From the NCBI GenBank assembly GCA_005878665.1, contig VBLR01000151.1, positions 1-49,225 of the forward strand: a stretch of DNA of 49,225 nucleotides, in the 5' to 3' direction. Origin of the DNA: Methanobacteriota archaeon (GTDB lineage Archaea; Thermoplasmatota; Thermoplasmata; RBG-16-68-12). Below, in pieces: positions 43,810-49,225 of this stretch (within the stretch, counting starts at the first letter, position 1; every line of letters begins with the position of its first letter). A program made the translations under genes and the position numbers. The notes under the pieces are model-generated. The model made no database searches and was not told the DNA's origin. It saw only the letters and a program-made list of their open reading frames with translations.

Positions 43810-44565
43810 TCACACGATCAGCGAGTAGATTTCGTCGATCCAACCGTAGAACTCCGGCTCCTTCCGGTTGCGAGGCCTCGGTAAGTCGATCTCGAGCTCC
43901 GCCACCATGTGCCCAGGCCGGCTCGAGAGCACGATCACGCGATCCGCGAGGTACACCGCCTCTTCGATGGAATGCGTCACCATCAGGACGGCCTTCGGTG
44001 GGAGATCCGGATTTGCCCACAACTGGAGGATCTCGTCCCGCAGGTTCTGCGCGGTGAGGGGGTCTAAGGAGGAGAACGGTTCGTCCATGCAGAGGAGCAG
44101 CGGCTCGATTGCGAGGGCGCGCGCGAGACCCACGCGTTGCTTCATGCCGCCGCTCAGCTCGCGGGGGAACGCGTTCTCGAAACCGGTGAGACCGACGGCG
44201 TCGATGAACTTCCGCGCGCGGCCGTGCCGGTCCTCCGGAGAGATGCCTTGGGCCTCGAGCCCCAGCTCGACGTTCTGGGTGACCGTGAGCCACGGGAAGA
44301 GCGCGAACGATTGAAAGACCATCGCGACTTGCGGGTTGTCCGCCCGAATCGGAGATCCCTCGAACAACACTTGGCCGGATGTGGGCGGTTCCAGGCCGAC
44401 GATGATCCGCAACAGGGTCGACTTTCCGCATCCGGACGGCCCGACGACGCAGACGAAGTCCCGCTCGGCCAGCTCGAATCGGATCAGGTCGAGGACTTTG
44501 AACTCCTTTCCGTTCTCGAAGTACGACTTCGTGACGTCCTTGACCTCGAGGAGCGGGGCCTCCAT
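43810..44565 (-). CDS. ABC transporter ATP-binding protein (NitT/TauT family-like)
   Basis: Walker A GPSGCGKST, signature LSGGMKQRV, Walker B LLLCMDEPFSSLD, H-loop VTHS. The true start is ATG 44565; the 461-aa track ORF is an upstream artefact. Confidence 0.9.
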   Translation of the reverse strand: MEAPLLEVKDVTKSYFENGKEFKVLDLIRFELAERDFVCVVGPSGCGKSTLLRIIVGLEPPTSGQVLFEGSPIRADNPQVAMVFQSFALFPWLTVTQNVELGLEAQGISPEDRHGRARKFIDAVGLTGFENAFPRELSGGMKQRVGLARALAIEPLLLCMDEPFSSLDPLTAQNLRDEILQLWANPDLPPKAVLMVTHSIEEAVYLADRVIVLSSRPGHMVAELEIDLPRPRNRKEPEFYGWIDEIYSLIV

Positions 44566-44567
44566 CC

Positions 44568-46267
44568 TCACACCTCGACGCGATACTTCACCGCGGCTCG
44601 CTTGTACAGGGGCCGCCAGAGGAGTTTGTTCATCGCCAGGACGATCACGATCATCGTCAGGATCGTGAGGAGGATCATCTCGTTGTCCGGCAGCGGCTTG
44701 CGGAACGTCGCGATGTCGAGGAGGTAGCCGAGGCCGCTCACGTGAGGCGGCGGGCTGAGGAACGGGATGTACTCGGAAACGATCAGCGCGTTCCATCCCG
44801 CGCCCCAGGCCGTGATGCTCCCCGTCAGGAGCGACGGAACCATCGCCGGCAGGAGGACGCGTCGCCAGTACGCCCTCCCGCGGAGGCCGAACGACCGGGC
44901 GGCCTCCTCGAGGTCTTCCGGGATGCCTCGGACGCCTGCGATCAGGTTGAACAAGAGGTACCATTGCATGCTGAACAGGGCGATCAGGATCGCCGAGAGC
45001 TCCGCCGCCGGCCCCAGACTCGCGGTGACGATGAGCGCAAAGCCGACGATGATCGGCAGGAGGGCCGTGGCCGGCCCGGCAGGGACGCGGCGACCTCGAG
45101 CACCGGGGTGATGTATCGCGATCCGCGCGGGCTTCGTCCGATCCACGCGGCCATTGGAATCGTCCAGGCGAGGGCGATGCCGTAGGCCAGCCCAAGTCGA
45201 ATGAAGGATGAAGCGGCCGCCCGAGGGAGTTCCGCTGCCGCCTCCGGTAGACGACTCAGGAATAACCGGGCCAGCCCGAGGACTCCGACGACCACGACCA
45301 GCGCCAAGATCGCAACGAACATCGCGAGATCCACGTAACGAATGTCCCGGAGGACCTGAGGATGGGCCGAGTACGTGCGGTCCAGGCGGACGGATGCCCG
45401 ATGGTACTTGGTGACGACCGGCTGAATGGCGGTCCGGAAGGTCCTTCGCAACCGCGGGAACCGCGGGAGCCAACGGAATCGTTCGTACGGCGACGGCGCT
45501 CGCGGGACCTCGTGTCCCGTCGTCTCCATCCGAAAGCGCTCGGACCAGACGCCGAGCGGACGCCAGACGAAGGTGTCGAGGGCCAACACGACCGCGGCCA
45601 GGACACCGATGCCGAGCGCGATGCCCGTCGCGTCGCCCGCGATCCCCGCATTCGTGATGAACGAGCCGAGTCCCGGTCGGGTGTACGTGCCGCCGAACGC
45701 CGTGAACGTCTCGCTCGCGACGAGGAAGAACCAGCCGTTACTCCACGAGAGGATCGAGTTGTAGACCAACTTGGGGATCGCCGCAGGCAACGCCAAGAGT
45801 CGGAACCGGAGCATGCCCCGAAGGCCGAAACTCGCCGCCGCGGCCTCGAGGTCGACGGGAATCGTCGTCAGGGACTCGTAGACCCCGAATGCCATGTTCC
45901 AGGCCATGCTCGTGAAGATCAGGAAAATGACCGCGAGTTCGATTCCGACGGGGCTCCCTTGAAACGTGACGACAAAGAACACCAGCGCGGCGGGGAAGAA
46001 GCCGAGGATCGGGACGGACTGGAGGACGTCGAGGAGGGGGAGCATGATGACGGCGGCCCTCTTGTTCGTGGCCGCGGTGGCCCCGAACGTGATCGCGAAG
46101 ACGAGGGACAACAGGTAGGCGAGGACCATCCGGGTCGTCGAGAAGAGTGCAAAGAGGGGAAGTTGGACCGCGTTGAACGCGGCCTGCGGGTCGAGGATCG
46201 CGACGATGACCGCGGCGAGGATCACGATGCCCGCGAGGATCCGAAGGCGCCCGCGGAGGCCGCGCAT
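44568..46267 (-). pseudogene. fused double-domain ABC transporter permease (NitT/TauT-like), split by a frameshift near 45065-45085 (fragments 44984..46267 and 44568..45473)
   Basis: There are two BPD-type permease modules (AAASFGLRGMLRFRLLALPAAIP and EAARSFGLRGRAYWRRVLLPAMVP EAA-loops). The reading frame switches between ...YITPVLEVAASLP and ATALLPIIVGFALIV. Confidence 0.7.
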
Positions 46268-46313
46268 CTCGCCCGCAAAGGACGGGGGCTATATACGGGT
46301 TGTCGAGCGGCGT

Positions 46314-47258
46314 TCAGACCCCGGCGAGGAGGCGCGAGAGGATCGCCTTCTGCGCGTGCAGACGGTTCTCCGCCTGATCGAAGACGATTGAGAGCGGACC
46401 GTCGATCACCTCGTCCGTGATCTCGAGACCGCGGTGAGCGGGCAGGCAATGCATCACCACCGCGTCCTTCTTCGCATGCTCGAGGAGCTTCGAGTTGACT
46501 TGGTACCGCCGGAACACTTTCTCGCGTTGCTCTGTCTCTTTTTCCTGGCCCATCGAGACCCAGACGTCTGTGTACACGACATCGGCGCGTTGCACGGCGC
46601 CGACCGGATCATCCACGATGTGAATCTTCAATCCGCTGTCCTTCGCGAGGCGCCGCGCGGTTGCCAGGATTTCGGCGTCGGGTTCGTAGCCGTTCGGGCA
46701 GGCCGCCGTCATGTCCATGCCGACGATCGCGGCGCCGAGGAGGAGCGAGTTGCACACGTTATTGCCGTCCCCGACATAGGCGAGTTTCAGCTCCTTGAAC
46801 GAGCCCTTATGCTCCAAGATAGTGAAGAGATCCGCGATGACTTGGCAAGGGTGTTCCTTGTCATCGAGGCCGTTGATCACAGGCACGCTTGCGTTGCGGG
46901 CGAGTTCCATGACGGTCTCTCTCTTGAACGCCCGATACATGATGCCGTCCACGTAGCGGCTGAGGACCCTCGCGGTGTCGACGATCGTCTCACCGCGTCC
47001 GATTTGCAGGTCGTTCGGGCTCAGGAAGAGGGCGTGGCCCCCCAGTTGCGTCATGCCGACCGCGAAGGAGACGCGCGTCCGAGTCGACGCCTTCTCGAAA
47101 ATCATGGCGAGGCTCTTCCCACGGAGCGGTTCGTACGGCTCCCCGGCCTTCGTGCGATTCTTGATGTTCCCCGCAAGTTCGAGGAGGCCGACGAGATCGT
47201 CCTTCACGTCGAGCATCGAGACGAGATCGCGCTTCGCGCCCATGGACCTCCGGCCCAT
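46314..47258 (-). CDS. argF: ornithine carbamoyltransferase
   Basis: Motifs [21 protein letters not shown] and HCLPAHRG. The start is ATG 47258, or 47243. Confidence 0.92.
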   Translation of the reverse strand: MGRRSMGAKRDLVSMLDVKDDLVGLLELAGNIKNRTKAGEPYEPLRGKSLAMIFEKASTRTRVSFAVGMTQLGGHALFLSPNDLQIGRGETIVDTARVLSRYVDGIMYRAFKRETVMELARNASVPVINGLDDKEHPCQVIADLFTILEHKGSFKELKLAYVGDGNNVCNSLLLGAAIVGMDMTAACPNGYEPDAEILATARRLAKDSGLKIHIVDDPVGAVQRADVVYTDVWVSMGQEKETEQREKVFRRYQVNSKLLEHAKKDAVVMHCLPAHRGLEITDEVIDGPLSIVFDQAENRLHAQKAILSRLLAGV

Positions 47259-47337
47259 TCAAGGGTCCGTACAAAACCCTTGTGCATCGAACGACCGAGG
47301 ACGGAGGCATCAAATAAGGTCTCTCGAATCCGGGAGC

Positions 47338-47595
47338 GTGGAGCCTCGTCCTTCGAGGGCCGCCGAGCGACGGCGTTTGCGCGAGGAAGTGGCGATCCGA
47401 AAGAGAAAGACCAGCCTCCTCGCCGGTACCCTGGGGCTGGCCCTGGTCTTTGCGGGAGGCATCGGGGTCATCGTCTCTCCGCAGAGTGCCCTGGCCCTGA
47501 TCGTCGCGATGGGCGCTGGAATCGTCCTCCTGCTCGTCGCGTTCCTCCTCCTGCGAGGGCCGATGACTGCCCTCTCCCGGAAAGCCCCGAAATGA
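47338..47595 (+). CDS. possible 85-aa two-TM membrane protein
   Basis: GTG start. VEPRPSRAAERRRLREEVAIRKRKTSLLAGTLGLALVFAGGIGVIV...LALIVAMGAGIVLLLVAFLLL. GC3-biased. It is embedded in a longer artefactual track ORF (46975..47595). Confidence 0.4.
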   Translation: MEPRPSRAAERRRLREEVAIRKRKTSLLAGTLGLALVFAGGIGVIVSPQSALALIVAMGAGIVLLLVAFLLLRGPMTALSRKAPK

Positions 47596-47617
47596 CCGAG
47601 GCCCGGGTCGATCCGCT

Positions 47618-47986
47618 TCACGAGGGTCGCACGGGGGCGGGACGAAGGGCGACTTTTCCTGTTTTCGGCGTCCGGCTCGGTCGCCCACGGAATAGCTCCG
47701 AGTGGAGCTCCTGTCCTATTCCGTCGAGTCGATATGAGGTGACTTGCCTTCCCTCCCGCGCATAGGCCACCTCGACCACGCCGGCCGCTTTCAACACGCC
47801 GAGGTGGTACGCGAGCAGCCCGCTCTCGATCCGAATGTGCTTTGCGATCTCATTGAATGGCACACCGGGAGAGTCGTGAATCAGCCGAAACGCCCGCAGG
47901 CGAATAGGGTTGTCGAGGGCGGTGTACGCCTTCAAACGTTCGATGACCTCGGAGTCGGGTCCTTCCGGCGCCGCCGGTGTCTTCAT
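47618..47986 (-). CDS. ArsR-family winged-HTH transcriptional regulator
   Basis: LKAYTALDNPIRLRAFRLIHDSPGVPFNEIAKHIRIESGLLAYHLGVLKAAGVVE is a canonical ArsR/SmtB HTH. Confidence 0.85.
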   Translation of the reverse strand: MKTPAAPEGPDSEVIERLKAYTALDNPIRLRAFRLIHDSPGVPFNEIAKHIRIESGLLAYHLGVLKAAGVVEVAYAREGRQVTSYRLDGIGQELHSELFRGRPSRTPKTGKVALRPAPVRPS

Positions 47987-48019
47987 ACGTCAACGATATT
48001 CTACGTGGTATAAATATAT

Positions 48020-48565
48020 TTACTTGCTAATGCGGGACGGCCGGAAGGCCTTGATTTCGCGATGGCGTTCGGCGAGCATCGGGATGAGCGCCTTCGCGGA
48101 AGGCACGGGCGCTTGCCGGCCTCCATCGACGGGATACACGTGCCCGTACCGGACGAGATGCGTCAGGTACAGGTCGGTCAGGTAGCTGTTCGAAGGGCTG
48201 TGAACCGGGTGATACTCCGGCCGGACGAGGACTCGGAGCTTCGGGGCGATGCGGGGGTTCGACGCGAACTGGCCGAACTCCGTGGCCGCGCCCCAGGACT
48301 CGATGCTCAGGAACACGAGGTCCACGTCGCTCCGTTCGAGGACGTCATCCTCGATTACGGACGGACCGATCTCCTTCGGGAAATCGTCCTCCGGCACGAG
48401 CGCGACGATCCCCCGACCCCTCAATACCTCGGCGACCTGTCGTCGTTCCTCGAGTCCCCTCTCAGATGAGCCCAAGAGAATGAGGATGAGTCCGGACCGC
48501 TTGAGGCGCTCCTCCGCCTCCTCGCGGATGATGCGAACGCGTCGGGCGGTGTTGCCCTTAGACAA
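48020..48565 (-). CDS. hypothetical Rossmann-like protein with nucleoside 2-deoxyribosyltransferase-like/SLOG-like pattern (tentative)
   Basis: 181 aa. A beta-strand ILILLGSS is followed by IVALVPED, then DLVFLSIESWGAATEFGQFA...KLRVLV. This resembles the (D/E)xGTxxExG core of NDT-like folds at pattern level only. It lies 33 nt upstream of the ArsR gene on the same strand. Confidence 0.5.
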   Translation of the reverse strand: MSKGNTARRVRIIREEAEERLKRSGLILILLGSSERGLEERRQVAEVLRGRGIVALVPEDDFPKEIGPSVIEDDVLERSDVDLVFLSIESWGAATEFGQFASNPRIAPKLRVLVRPEYHPVHSPSNSYLTDLYLTHLVRYGHVYPVDGGRQAPVPSAKALIPMLAERHREIKAFRPSRISK

Positions 48566-48670
48566 GGCTCCCCCTCGGTTTCGTCATGTGTTCGCGCTAG
48601 TTGAGGGCCGCCATCAGAGGTGTGTGAAACAACTCCGGTCCGTCGCGGCTCGATCGCCTCCCGGCGAGCA

Positions 48671-48682
48671 AAATACTATATT
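48671..48682 (+). promoter_or_regulatory. TATA-box-like element (AAATACTATATT) upstream of tRNA-His
   Basis: Centred about 30 nt upstream of the first tRNA nucleotide, the standard archaeal TATA-TSS spacing. Confidence 0.5.
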
Positions 48683-48706
48683 CCCCTCCCCGGTTGGGCC
48701 GCGTGC

Positions 48707-48781
48707 GGCCGGGATGGGCTAGCCTGGTTATGCTAGGGGGCTGTGGATCCCTTGACGCGAGTTCAAATCTCGCTCCCGGCC
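48707..48781 (+). tRNA. tRNA-His (anticodon GUG) with genome-encoded G-1 and C73 discriminator; no encoded CCA
   Basis: Manual fold: G-1, acceptor GCCGGGA/TCCCGGC, D-loop with A14, G18G19 and A21, anticodon stem GGGGG/TCCCT, loop CTGTGGA (GTG), T-arm GCGAG-TTCAAAT-CTCGC, discriminator C pairing with G-1. Confidence 0.85.
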
Positions 48782-48878
48782 CTCGCGTGAGGTTGGCTAT
48801 CTCCGCCGAACGCTCGCTTCCGAGGACCGCACGACGTTCTTGAGGAGCGACGTGTGCATAGGGGCGGAGGCAGAGCCC

Positions 48879-49225
48879 GTGAACATCGTCGTCTTTGGCG
48901 CCACCGGTGGGACCGGCCGCTTCCTCGTCGAGCGGGCCACGCAGGCCGGCCACGAGGTCACGCCGTTCGCTCGCGAATCCTCTCGGATGGCGTCGGTCCC
49001 CGGGCGGTTACGCGTCGTTCGCGGGGACGTCCTGGATGCCGCTTCGGTCAACGCGGCGATCAGAGGGCAGGACGCCGTCCTCAGCGCGCTCGGCAGCACG
49101 GCCCGGAATCCCGCGCCGGTGCTTTCGGTCGGCGTCCGACACATCCTCGACGCAATGGAGCGGCACGGCGTCCGGCGGATCGTGGCCCTCTCAGTCGCGG
49201 GCGCGTTGCGCGAGTCGGCGGGGTT
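48879..49225 (+). CDS. NAD(P)-binding NmrA/SDR-like (atypical short-chain reductase) protein, 3' end outside the window
   Basis: VNIVVFGATGGTGRFLVERATQAGHEVTPFAR... has a Rossmann GxxGxxG at the N-terminus. It is absent from the ORF track because no stop lies within the window. An alternative in-frame GTG is at 48852. Confidence 0.7.
   Translation, partial: MNIVVFGATGGTGRFLVERATQAGHEVTPFARESSRMASVPGRLRVVRGDVLDAASVNAAIRGQDAVLSALGSTARNPAPVLSVGVRHILDAMERHGVRRIVALSVAGALRESAG

Noticed and set aside
43810-45195. 461-aa version of the ABC ATPase ORF
   Set aside because: The N-terminal 210 residues are Arg/Pro/Gly-rich and overlap the permease gene out of frame. The ATPase domain starts cleanly at ATG 44565, 2 nt after the permease stop.
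1-49225. Search for CRISPR repeats, transposase/integrase genes, prophage or toxin-antitoxin modules, and rRNA genes
   Set aside because: No regularly spaced direct repeats, no DDE/tyrosine-recombinase-like ORFs, no rRNA-like segments and no terminal inverted repeats were seen. The window is essentially core chromosome.

Overview
High-GC archaeal chromosomal segment with euryarchaeal/Thermoplasmata-like gene order; the taxonomy is inferred from gene content and order only. It is dominated by core information-processing genes. The main blocks are: (i) rpoK-eno-rps2; (ii) the conserved rpl7ae-rps28e-rpl24e-ndk-infB block on the minus strand; (iii) a complete S10/spc-type ribosomal protein operon from rpl3 to secY (22 r-protein genes plus the RNase P subunit Rpp29 and secY, about 28.5-42.4 kb). 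Housekeeping genes lie between these blocks: MEMO-family protein, cutA, M50 site-2 protease, GNAT, RecJ-like DHH nuclease, two Nudix proteins, CoA-binding protein, ACT protein plus TrpB2, hydantoinase A/B, TctA-like membrane protein, wHTH-V4R regulator, NMN adenylyltransferase, LonB, a NitT/TauT-like ABC system, argF, an ArsR regulator and one tRNA-His(GUG). I found no rRNA, CRISPR array, transposase or integrase. The most unusual content is three tandem Ras/Rab-like small GTPase paralogues, each with its own promoter, lying between lonB and the r-protein operon. Other items worth a second look: an L24e with a ~140-aa extra C-terminal domain, a K-turn-like element over the rpl7ae Shine-Dalgarno sequence, two unannotated Cys4 mini-ORFs, a Rossmann/NDT-like protein in an operon with ArsR beside tRNA-His, and three genes with frame disruptions (MEMO, hyuA, ABC permease) that are either assembly indels or recent decay. 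Many long out-of-frame or antisense ORFs in the supplied track are high-GC artefacts and were ignored.
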